Assembly: GCA_937925845.1 (NCBI GenBank)
Contig: CALAML010000040.1
Span: 1,463 to 65,462, forward strand
Direction of reading: 5' to 3'
Origin: an uncultured Acidimicrobiales bacterium
Lineage (GTDB): Bacteria > Actinomycetota > Acidimicrobiia > Acidimicrobiales > CALAML01
Length of the DNA stretch: 64,000 bases
The number at the start of each line of letters is the position of its first letter. Positions within the stretch are counted from its first letter, which is position 1. Shown one piece after another: positions 55,999 through 64,000 of the stretch. Both the position numbers and the translations under genes were made by a program. The notes below the pieces were generated by a model. The model did not search any database, was not told the DNA's origin, and worked only from the letters and a program-made list of their open reading frames with translations.

Positions 55999-57195
55999 CT
56001 AGGTTCGACGCTCCCATTCTGTGGCCCGCTCCGGCCCGAGTTCGGCCAGTTGCTCGGCCCGGATGCGCTCCCGCTCGGCTCGCCGGGGGTGGTTCAGGCC
56101 TTCGCCGATCACCGCCTCTCCGGGGTCACACACCACAAAGCGGCTGAGTCGCTGGGCGGTCGGCGATAACCCGGACCAGGTCTCGCGCGACATCGACCGG
56201 ATTAGTGCCTCCGATCGAAACCACGGGGCCATGAACTCGACATTCGGCATGGCCCGGACCTCCCTCGACAAGTTGGGGGTGCCACCGTGCCAGCACCGAG
56301 CGTCTCGGATGATGGCCGACCCGGCGGGCAAGGGGCACACCGTCGACAGGCGCATCCATTCCGGTTCATCGGCGAGCGCCGGTATCGGTGCCCTCGACCG
56401 GTGGCTGCCGGGAACGATCCGAATCGGGCCGTTCTCCGGGGTGAGAGCAACCATGGCGAAGTTGATGTGGACCACCGGGCTCGGTAGATCCCGCATCGAG
56501 ACGCCACCCACCGGATCGTGGAGCTCGGTCCAGACATTGTCGGAGTGCAGACCCTGGTATTCGATGGCGCCGGGCAGGGCGAGATCGCCACCGCTGCCAT
56601 ACACGATGTAGTCGGCGCTGCCGAAGATCGATTGCAGAATCGGCGTGGTGGTGGGCAGGTCGATCAGCTGAGTCCACTCCGGGCGGTGAAACATATGGCG
56701 TGACACGGAGGTGCCGCCAAAGGAATAACGATGGGGGAGACCTCCGGCTCCACCTCCCACGGCGCCGTCGGGGTCGGCGGCCTGAAGAGCAGCGGTAACC
56801 TCCGCGGTCGCCGCCTGCAGCACCGAAAGCTGAACCTTGTCGAGAGCGTCGACGATGGCGACAAAACCGTCGCGGTGGAACAGCTCGGTAGCCCGATCCA
56901 CGTCGCCCGGTGCGACCACGTCGAGGCCCGGGATCCCGTTGCGCTCGTTCAGCCGTTGGCGGAGGGCCACCACTCCGGGATCGTCGTAGGCTCGGGTCCA
57001 GCCGTGGCAGCGGGGGTCGCCAGCCACCAGGTTGCGGTGCTCGGGTGTGGTCTCGATGTCGATCTCGGAGACGGGTGTGGCCAGGCCGAGGGCGTTGTCG
57101 TTGGTGGTCGGCTCTGCTTGGGCGGCTCGATTGTGAAAGCCGTTGGGCGGGACCGCGGCGTTCCAGCCAAAAGCCGTTTCGGATGTCGCGGTCAT
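55999..57195 (-). CDS. Phytanoyl-CoA dioxygenase (PhyH) family Fe/2OG protein
   Basis: FHRDGF, QGLHSD, NGPIRIVPGSH, WHGGTPN.S..R. Confidence 0.85.
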   Translation of the reverse strand: MTATSETAFGWNAAVPPNGFHNRAAQAEPTTNDNALGLATPVSEIDIETTPEHRNLVAGDPRCHGWTRAYDDPGVVALRQRLNERNGIPGLDVVAPGDVDRATELFHRDGFVAIVDALDKVQLSVLQAATAEVTAALQAADPDGAVGGGAGGLPHRYSFGGTSVSRHMFHRPEWTQLIDLPTTTPILQSIFGSADYIVYGSGGDLALPGAIEYQGLHSDNVWTELHDPVGGVSMRDLPSPVVHINFAMVALTPENGPIRIVPGSHRSRAPIPALADEPEWMRLSTVCPLPAGSAIIRDARCWHGGTPNLSREVRAMPNVEFMAPWFRSEALIRSMSRETWSGLSPTAQRLSRFVVCDPGEAVIGEGLNHPRRAERERIRAEQLAELGPERATEWERRT

Positions 57196-57686
57196 GGCCC
57201 ATCCGGCGGGGCGGACTCTGGGCGAAGTTCGAACTCGCCGAGCAGCACCGTCACCGGCAGCGGCGCCTGGCCCTGGTAGAAGAATTCGCGGAAGCGGCTG
57301 AAGCGGCCGTCGTGTTCGGCGGCCAGCTCGGTGTCGTCGAAGTCGATCTCGTAGTAGCGGCTCCAGCCGTTGGCCTGGGCTGCGGCGTCGGCGGCGTCGA
57401 GATCGGGGACAGCAAACACCACCCCGCTCACCCCTTCCCCATGGGCTTCGAGATGATCGCGGATCGGACTCGTGTCGGCCTCGGGCAACGGGGCAACCAA
57501 CTCCACACCGGCGTCGAAGTTCATGGCCACCCGCACGCCAAACGCCCGACCGCGATCCGTGGTGGTCTCAGAAAACGCTGAGCCAAGCAGTGCCGAGTAA
57601 AACTCGATGCCCGCCTCAAGGTCCCAGACAGCCAGCACCACCCGGTTAACCCCCTGCTGACGCCGGAACGGTTGCAAGCCATACAT
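57192..57686 (-). CDS. VOC family protein (methylmalonyl-CoA epimerase-like)
   Basis: VVLAVWDLEA, VELVAP, HGEGVSGVVFAVPDL. Confidence 0.78.
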   Translation of the reverse strand: MYGLQPFRRQQGVNRVVLAVWDLEAGIEFYSALLGSAFSETTTDRGRAFGVRVAMNFDAGVELVAPLPEADTSPIRDHLEAHGEGVSGVVFAVPDLDAADAAAQANGWSRYYEIDFDDTELAAEHDGRFSRFREFFYQGQAPLPVTVLLGEFELRPESAPPDGP

Positions 57687-57693
57687 AGGCTAG

Positions 57694-58902
57694 TTAACCG
57701 CGGGTGAAGGCTGGGCTGTCGTTTTCGGGGATGGTGTCGATCGGGGTTTGGACTTCGCCTAGGGTTGGGCCGACCTCGGCGGCCAGTGGCGCCAGCTTGT
57801 CGAGATCGAAGCCGTAGACGCCAGCGGCGTTTTCCGACAGCAGCTTGCGCAGGTCGATGTCGCTGTAGGTGTTGAAACTGTTGGCGATGGCCTCTCGGGA
57901 ATGGGGCGAGCAGCCTTCGTCGTGGGGGTAGTCGCTGCCCCACATCACCCGGTCAACACCGAGTTCAGCGATGGCCAGACCATCTGACGGAGCCGGGAAG
58001 CTGGCGCCGACCCAGCAGTTGTTGTGGAAGTAGTGCGACGGCTTCTGGGGCAGAAACTCGTCGACCTTAAACTCGAGTTCACCGACTTTGCCGGTGCGCT
58101 TGGCCTGCTCCCAGAAGGTGTCCATCCGGTCCAGCGCGGCCGGCAGCCAGGCCACCCCCTGCTCGGTCATCACAAACTTGAGGTTCGGGAATCGGTCGAA
58201 GACGCCGGTGAGGATCAGGTGCCAGATGCTCCGGTTGGAAAAGAACGGCACCTCCATCAGCATTAGGAAGGGCACCGCCATCGTTCGGCCATAGGAGGGG
58301 AGTCCACCACCGCCATGTTGGGTGACCACCAGGTCGAGATCGGCACACACCTCCCAGAGTCGGTCGTATTCGCCGGTGAAGAAACCAGGGAGATCGGCGT
58401 CGGGCGGGATGGCCGGGATCATCAAGCTGGTGAAGCCGGCCTCGGCGGCCCACTTGGCCTCTTCGATGGCGTCGTCGAGGTCGTTGAGGAACACCTGAGC
58501 CAAGCCGCGGCGACGATCGGGCTGCTCGGCTATGAAGTCCACCATCCAACGGTTGTGGGCCCGAATTCCGGCCATGCGTTTTTCGTAGCTGCGCTCACTC
58601 GGCGGCCGGGCGATCAACTGGCCGGTCGGGAAGAAGGGCGGGATGGTGTTGGGGAACAGGACCTCGCCAACGATGCCCTCGGCGAGCTGTTCAGTGTCGC
58701 GGCGCTCGGTGTCCCAGCTGCGGGTCTTCTTCTCGCTGTTGAGGTCGGCGAACGGATTGGCGTACTTCTCGGCCCAGGCGTCGAACTCGTCGTGCCACTC
58801 CGAAGCCAGATAATCCCGGTAGACCTGCTTTGGGGCGCCGCAATGGCTGTCAGCGGTGATGACGGTCAGGCGCTCATCGGCTGCGGTCTGGGTGTCGGTC
58901 AT
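57694..58902 (-). CDS. Amidohydrolase_2 family protein
   Basis: ITADSHCG, GEVLFPN, GVFDRFPNLKFVMTE, MWGSDYPHDEG. Confidence 0.9.
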   Translation of the reverse strand: MTDTQTAADERLTVITADSHCGAPKQVYRDYLASEWHDEFDAWAEKYANPFADLNSEKKTRSWDTERRDTEQLAEGIVGEVLFPNTIPPFFPTGQLIARPPSERSYEKRMAGIRAHNRWMVDFIAEQPDRRRGLAQVFLNDLDDAIEEAKWAAEAGFTSLMIPAIPPDADLPGFFTGEYDRLWEVCADLDLVVTQHGGGGLPSYGRTMAVPFLMLMEVPFFSNRSIWHLILTGVFDRFPNLKFVMTEQGVAWLPAALDRMDTFWEQAKRTGKVGELEFKVDEFLPQKPSHYFHNNCWVGASFPAPSDGLAIAELGVDRVMWGSDYPHDEGCSPHSREAIANSFNTYSDIDLRKLLSENAAGVYGFDLDKLAPLAAEVGPTLGEVQTPIDTIPENDSPAFTRG

Positions 58903-59056
58903 GGTGGTGCCCTTTTTTTGGGTGTGGTCCGGCCCTGCGGTGTCACACACTGCTCCAATACTCAGCGCCCTCATCATGCCACGAATCGACGGCGCTGCCT
59001 CAAGCCCTAAGGCTCTTGGAGAACGACTCCGCCTGCCCGACTGGCTGGCCGGCCGG

Positions 59057-59202
59057 GAACCGGGTCTATCCAGGGTCTGACCCCGATCGCGCCCGGTTTG
59101 GAGGCGGGTGCGGTGCCGGCTGGATGGGAGGTTGGTTGATCTGGCGGGGGTTTTGGTGGAACCGGTTCCGTTCGGGGTCAGACCCCGCTCGCGCCCGGTT
59201 CT
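59057..59202. repeat. Pair of family B palindromes (aaccgg...gggtc(t/a)gacccc...ccggtt)
   Basis: Two 44-bp similar units at about 59058-59101 and 59159-59202. Confidence 0.7.
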
Positions 59203-59214
59203 GGCCAGCTTCGG

Positions 59215-60231
59215 CTACTGCGGTTCGCCGACGTTGGTGGGGCGGGGGTCGGGACCCCAGGCCGGGATCGGGGCGTACACCACCGGACGGCGGGCAGCGA
59301 GCGCGATCTCCCAATCGCGGGGCCAGGCGTTGCCGGTACAGCCAGCCAGGCCGCCGGTCTGTTGCTCCATCACCGCGGCGGCTGCACCCGGAAACGGGCA
59401 CCGTGGCACGGGGTGGCGCTGGCCGATCAGGTGGCCAACCTCGTGGTTGACCAGGTAGCCGCGATAGTCAGCCAGCTCCGCATCCCAGTGGTCGACCGCA
59501 GAGCGCCACCGGCTGGCGTTAAGGGCAACGATCGGGCCGTTCTGGCAGCTGGCGAAGCTTCCGGTCCGCAGCGGCAGACAAAGCTGATCGACCTCCGGCC
59601 CCTCGGCCAGGATGACCTGATAGGTGGCGGTGTCGTCGGCAACAAAGGTGAAGCCGGCCCGAGGCCAGCTCCTCGGATCGTTGAGGATCGCCATCATCGT
59701 TTGGGCCAGATCAGCCGAGGCGAAGTCGTCCACCCGGGACTCGATGCGTATCCGAACCTCCTGCGGGCTCCCATCCGGACCGGGTTGGCCGAGATCAAAC
59801 ATCGGTGTGCCGTCGGGCAAGGTCTCCACCACGGTTGGCTGCGGAGCAGCAAGCTGTTCCTCCGTGACCGGCGGAACAGAGGTTGTGGTGGTGGTCGTCG
59901 TCGTTGTCGTGGTGGTGGAGGAGGACGAAGTGGTGGTGCTCGACGTTGTCGCCGCGGTTGTCGAAGTCGTTGACGGCGATGACGTGGAGGTGGTCGAGGA
60001 TGTCGACGGAGCGTCGGCGTCGTCATTCGAATCACCATCGGCGTCGGCGTCGGCTTCGGACCCATCGAGGTTGGGCTGATCCGCTCCCGATGCGTCATCG
60101 GTGGCGTCGCCGCAGGCCGCCAGGAGGAACAGCGAGGCGACGAGCACCGCCAAGAGGGCCAGCGAGTCATAGGCGGTGCTCGGCTTCGAAGAATTGGTGG
60201 TGGGGAGATGCCAAAAAGGCCGCATGCTCAC
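59215..60231 (-). CDS. DUF3152-like lipoprotein with HExxH motif
   Basis: Lipobox LAAC, Ser/Thr linker, LNDPRSW, YLVNHEVGHLIG, VMEQQT. Confidence 0.85.
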   Translation of the reverse strand: MSMRPFWHLPTTNSSKPSTAYDSLALLAVLVASLFLLAACGDATDDASGADQPNLDGSEADADADGDSNDDADAPSTSSTTSTSSPSTTSTTAATTSSTTTSSSSTTTTTTTTTTTTSVPPVTEEQLAAPQPTVVETLPDGTPMFDLGQPGPDGSPQEVRIRIESRVDDFASADLAQTMMAILNDPRSWPRAGFTFVADDTATYQVILAEGPEVDQLCLPLRTGSFASCQNGPIVALNASRWRSAVDHWDAELADYRGYLVNHEVGHLIGQRHPVPRCPFPGAAAAVMEQQTGGLAGCTGNAWPRDWEIALAARRPVVYAPIPAWGPDPRPTNVGEPQ

Positions 60232-60330
60232 GAAACGCTCGCCTCATCATCGGGGGACTCCACAGAGTACTGAGCTGCCCGTGCATCCCGAAGTCGCCCA
60301 GCGACTCGAGTGCAACCGAGCGACAACGCG

Positions 60331-60389
60331 CCACCAGAAAAGTTGGGGGTTTCCCGGGTCAGACGCCCAAAGCCGCCAACTGTTGTTGG
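60331..60389. repeat. REP-like palindrome, family B
   Basis: ccaccagaaaagttgggggtttcccgggtc-a-gacgcccaaagccgccaactgttgttgg. Confidence 0.55.
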
Positions 60390-60428
60390 CTGAATTGGCG
60401 GTGCGAAAGATGCATTTTCGGATTTCTT

Positions 60429-60454
60429 TCATCCGGGTTTCGAATAGGTCCGTA
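60429..60454 (+). promoter_or_regulatory. Putative SigK-type ECF promoter
   Basis: TCATCC-N15-CCGTA upstream of a fasciclin gene. Confidence 0.6.
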
Positions 60455-60498
60455 GACCCTGCACCCACAACCCCAACCCCGAGATTGGATCCCCTGCC

Positions 60499-61104
60499 AT
60501 GAAAAAGTTCATCGCAATCTTCACCGCTTTGTGTGTCGCCCTCACCTTGTCCGCCGTCGCTTCGGCCAGCGGCAACAACAACAATCGCAACCGCACCATC
60601 ACCGACTTTGTCGTTGCCAAGGGCGGCGACTTCGACAACCACCCGGGCGACTACGACATTCTCAAGACCGCAGTGGTCACCGCTGGTTTGGCTGACACCC
60701 TCGCCAACGCGGAGGCTGACTTCACCCTCTTTGCCCCGAGTGACAGGGCCTTTATGAAGCTGGCCAGGGATCTCGGTTTCCAGGGCAACAGCGAAGCCGC
60801 AGCCTGGAACTTCTTGGTGACCCAGCTCACCGCCCTCGGCGATGGTGACCCGATCCCGGTCCTCACCAACGTGCTCCTCTATCACGTGGCCCCTGAGGCC
60901 ATCTACCTCGATGCCCTCTTCTTCGACACCGATACCGTTGCCACCGCCCTCGACGGCGCCTCGCTCACCAGCAACCGCTCGCGGTTGGTCGACGCCGATC
61001 CCGATCTTGTCGACGCCAAGGTGCTCTACCGTCGCTCCAACATCCCGATGCGCAACGGTGTGGTGCACGGCATCGACCGGGTCATGATCCCGCTCGACCT
61101 CTAG
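60499..61104 (+). CDS. Secreted fasciclin (FAS1) domain protein
   Basis: Signal peptide; FTLFAPSDRAF, VLLYHV, NGVVHGIDRVM. Confidence 0.92.
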   Translation: MKKFIAIFTALCVALTLSAVASASGNNNNRNRTITDFVVAKGGDFDNHPGDYDILKTAVVTAGLADTLANAEADFTLFAPSDRAFMKLARDLGFQGNSEAAAWNFLVTQLTALGDGDPIPVLTNVLLYHVAPEAIYLDALFFDTDTVATALDGASLTSNRSRLVDADPDLVDAKVLYRRSNIPMRNGVVHGIDRVMIPLDL

Positions 61105-61181
61105 AGAAAAACTTCTCCGCCCGCTGAGGTAACCCCGCCGCTCGGGGTCCCGTTTACGCAACGGTGGCGATCTCAGCACCA

Positions 61182-61215
61182 GGCTCGGCCCGTCCTTCCG
61201 GGGGCGGGTCGAGTC
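61182..61215 (+). terminator. Hairpin downstream of the fasciclin gene
   Basis: 15-bp stem (including G-U pairs) GGCTCGGCCCGTCCT/GGGGCGGGTCGAGTC, loop TCCG; no U-tract. Confidence 0.45.
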
Positions 61216-61257
61216 GCGTACGTCCGCCGTTGTGCTGATCGGTTAGCGTCGCGGCCG

Positions 61258-62871
61258 ATGTCTCCCGCCCCAAGCTCCGCCGACACCGATGCCGACAACG
61301 ACGAAGTCTCCAACCGTCATGCCGCCAACGACGTAGTTTCCAACAATCACGCCGCCATTGATATCGGCACCAACTCCTTCCACCTGCTGGTGGCCGAGGT
61401 GGGTGACAGCGGCGAGTTCAGCGTCCTCACCACCGAGAAAGAAACGGTGCGACTCGGCGACAGCCCGGGTGACATCCGCGAGCTGACGCCGGACGCCATC
61501 GACCGGGGTGTTGCCGCCCTCGATCGGTTCAAAGCCATCGCCGACAGCTTCGACGCTCAGGTGTACGCCGTTGCCACCAGCGCCGTGCGTGAGGCCGACA
61601 ACGGCGCCGACTTTGTGCGGCGCGTGGAAATCGAAGCCGGTATCCGCATCGATGTCATCTCCGGCACGGAGGAAGCCCGGCTGATCCACCTCGGCATCCT
61701 TCAGGCTCTGCCGGTCTTTGACCAGCAGCTCTTGATGGTCGATATCGGCGGTGGCAGCACCGAGTTTCTCGTCGGCCGCTCCGGGCGCCGAATGGAAGCC
61801 CGAAGCCTACGGATCGGTCACCTCCGGCTCACCAACCGCTTCTTCCCCGGCGGGGTGGTGGAGAAAGGCTCGGTAGCGGCCTGTCGCGAGTACGTGCGCG
61901 CCTTCCTGGTGCCGGCGATCAACGCCATGGCGCCCCTCGGCCACGACGTGGCGGTGGGGTCCTCCGGCACCGCAGAAGCGCTGGGCGACATGATCCGGCT
62001 TCGCACCCACGGGGAAGCGGTCGGGGCTGGCCTCGACACGGTGATCACTGGACAAGGCCTGGACGGGGTGCTGGAGGAACTTGTCGCCTGGCCGAACCCG
62101 GCCGAGCGAGCCAAAAACGTTGACGGCCTCAGCAAGAAGCGGGCCGACGTGATCGTCGGTGGAGCCATCCTGCTGAGCGAGATCTTCACCGCCTTCGGGA
62201 TTGAGTCCATGGTTACCAGCCCTTACGCGCTTCGCGAGGGGGTTCTGCTCGATCGCACCCTCGGGCTCGAATCGGGCAAGGAACGATTGGCCGACCTGCG
62301 CCGCCTCTCGGTTCTGGAGATGGCCGAAGCCTTCGAAGAAGACGTCACCCACGTACAGCAGGCCACCCGATTGGCCCTTGCCATCTTTGATCAGCTGCAG
62401 GACCGGCACGGCCTCGGCATCGAGGACCGTCAGCTGCTTGAGGCAGCCGGACTCCTCCACAACGTGGGCCTCTTCGTATCGCACGCGGCCCACCACCATC
62501 ACAGCGAATACATCATTCGCAACAGCGACCGCATCGCCGGATACACCGAACGCGAGATCGAGATCATCGCCCAGACGGCGCGCTACCATCGCCGCAGCGC
62601 ACCCAAGGCAAGCCACACCCGATTTATGGCGATGCCCGACGATGACCAGCAACGGGTTCGTTGGCTCGCAGGCATGTTGCGGGTATCGATCGCCCTCGAC
62701 CGAACCCGGTCCGCCGTTGTCACCGACCTCACCGTCGAGGGCGATGAGCAACTAGAACTTGTCGTGGAGGTCGCCGACGGCGGCGACGCCTCGGTAGAGC
62801 TGTTTACCGCCAACGAACGGTCGCGACTGCTGAGCCAAGTGGCCGGGTTGCCAATCGAGATTCGTTCCTAG
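61258..62871 (+). CDS. ppx: Ppx/GppA exopolyphosphatase with C-terminal HD-like domain
   Basis: AIDIGTNSFHL, ATSAVREA, GTEEARL, DIGGGSTE, ALREG, LLHNVG, ARYHRR. Confidence 0.93.
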   Translation: MSPAPSSADTDADNDEVSNRHAANDVVSNNHAAIDIGTNSFHLLVAEVGDSGEFSVLTTEKETVRLGDSPGDIRELTPDAIDRGVAALDRFKAIADSFDAQVYAVATSAVREADNGADFVRRVEIEAGIRIDVISGTEEARLIHLGILQALPVFDQQLLMVDIGGGSTEFLVGRSGRRMEARSLRIGHLRLTNRFFPGGVVEKGSVAACREYVRAFLVPAINAMAPLGHDVAVGSSGTAEALGDMIRLRTHGEAVGAGLDTVITGQGLDGVLEELVAWPNPAERAKNVDGLSKKRADVIVGGAILLSEIFTAFGIESMVTSPYALREGVLLDRTLGLESGKERLADLRRLSVLEMAEAFEEDVTHVQQATRLALAIFDQLQDRHGLGIEDRQLLEAAGLLHNVGLFVSHAAHHHHSEYIIRNSDRIAGYTEREIEIIAQTARYHRRSAPKASHTRFMAMPDDDQQRVRWLAGMLRVSIALDRTRSAVVTDLTVEGDEQLELVVEVADGGDASVELFTANERSRLLSQVAGLPIEIRS

Positions 62872-63120
62872 TGTCCTGTCACGCTAGTACTGACGCTCCT
62901 CTGTTCGGGACCGCCGCCGCTGGCTGCGTTCTCGACCCCTCCCTACCTGACGAGGTAAGTCGGGATCTACGATTTTGCCAGACTGCGGCTGTCGTTTACG
63001 GGTCTCGGTTGGTGGTCCAGCTCTGGTGCCCGGCCCTCTCGATCAGGCTGGCTTGGGTCGGGTTCGTGAGTGATGGTTCGATTGGGTTGGCGTTGAGGAA
63101 GTAGGTTTGAGAATGACTAG
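62868..63120. other. Structured intergenic segment, possible degenerate MITE
   Basis: Begins CTAGTGTCC at the ppx stop; three CTAG sites; nested stems (tacct-gacg-aggta; ctggc/gccag). Confidence 0.3.
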
Positions 63121-63147
63121 TGGGGGATCGAACGAGGGGTAGGACAC

Positions 63148-64000
63148 GTGGCTGAACGGCTTCGGGTGATTGTTTGGGGTACCGGCAATGTTGGTCGGCC
63201 GGCGATACGAGCCGTGGCCGCCCATCGCGATCTCGACCTTGTTGGCGCCATCGTCTCCGACCCGGAGAAGGTGGGGGTCGACCTCGGAACCCTGGCCCGG
63301 ATGGACACCGAACTTGGAGTCACGGCAACGGACGACACCGCTCGAGCTCAGGCCGACGACATCGACGCCGTGGTGTACGCCGTCAACGCCGACTTTCGGC
63401 CGGTCGAATCGCTGAACGAAGTCGAGGCGCTCCTGCGAGCCGGCACCAACGTTGTCTCGACCAGCTTCTACCCACTGCTGCACCCACCCTCGATGCCCGA
63501 GGACCTAGCCGCCAAGTTCGCCAGCGCCTGCGGCGAAGGCAACACCTCGATCTTCGTCTCCGGCATCGATCCCGGGTGGGCCATGGACCTGCTGCCTCTT
63601 GCCCTCACGAGTGTGTCGGCCGACATCAGCGAGATTCGGGTCCAGGAGATGTTTAACTACGCCCTCTACGACCAGCCCGACGCGGTTCGAGACCTGTGTG
63701 GCTTCGGCACCCCGATGGACGTGGAACCACCGATGCTGCTCGACTTCTCGCTGCAGATGGTCTGGGCGCCGATGATCCGGGTTCTCGCTGATGGGCTCGG
63801 ACTCGAACTCGACGCCATCACCACCGAGGTGGAACGGCGACCACTCGAAGAGACAGTGACGGTCGAAGGCATGGGCGACTTCGAGGCCGGCACGCAGGGG
63901 GCGTTTCGCTTCGAAGTGCAGGGCATCGTCAACGGCAAGAAACGGTTCGTGGTGGAACACATCACCCGCATCGACGACGGTTGCGCCACCGACTGGCCCC
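63148..64000 (+). CDS. NAD(P)-dependent DapB-like / 2,4-diaminopentanoate dehydrogenase-like protein, 3' end beyond the window
   Basis: VAERLRVIVWGTGNVGRPAIR..SDPEKVGVDLG..SGIDPGW; open to the window end, so absent from the track; AGGA SD. Confidence 0.85.
   Translation, partial: MAERLRVIVWGTGNVGRPAIRAVAAHRDLDLVGAIVSDPEKVGVDLGTLARMDTELGVTATDDTARAQADDIDAVVYAVNADFRPVESLNEVEALLRAGTNVVSTSFYPLLHPPSMPEDLAAKFASACGEGNTSIFVSGIDPGWAMDLLPLALTSVSADISEIRVQEMFNYALYDQPDAVRDLCGFGTPMDVEPPMLLDFSLQMVWAPMIRVLADGLGLELDAITTEVERRPLEETVTVEGMGDFEAGTQGAFRFEVQGIVNGKKRFVVEHITRIDDGCATDWP

Overview
High-GC actinobacterial chromosomal window; gene content and style suggest Acidimicrobiia (inference). It is dominated by lipid, sterol and isoprenoid catabolism: an igr-like ACAD/racemase/hydratase operon, an accD2-accA2-atuA-ACAD cluster, a CYP142-like P450, F420-dependent LLM and Ddn enzymes, SDRs, amidohydrolases and an arylsulfatase. 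It also carries a two-component system, a class II Fic protein, a fasciclin and Ppx. The main result is two UGA-readthrough genes that the ORF track truncates. One is a Sec-containing selD (HGAG-U-GCK, 37889-38932) next to a YeiH exporter/LysR pair. The other is a hidden 98-aa candidate selenoprotein (29178-29474, PPVG-U-GK, HesB-like or CC/Se-like) with a well-placed SECIS-like hairpin. Other signals are three families of intergenic palindromic repeats (one brackets an FkbM gene and forms a 61-bp tandem array), two matching sigma28-like promoters in front of uncharacterised genes (one a modular Cys-repeat/GKD-repeat exported protein), a SigK-type promoter, and many apparently leaderless genes. 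No tRNA, rRNA, CRISPR array or intact transposase was found. All family assignments come from motif recognition, not database searches.
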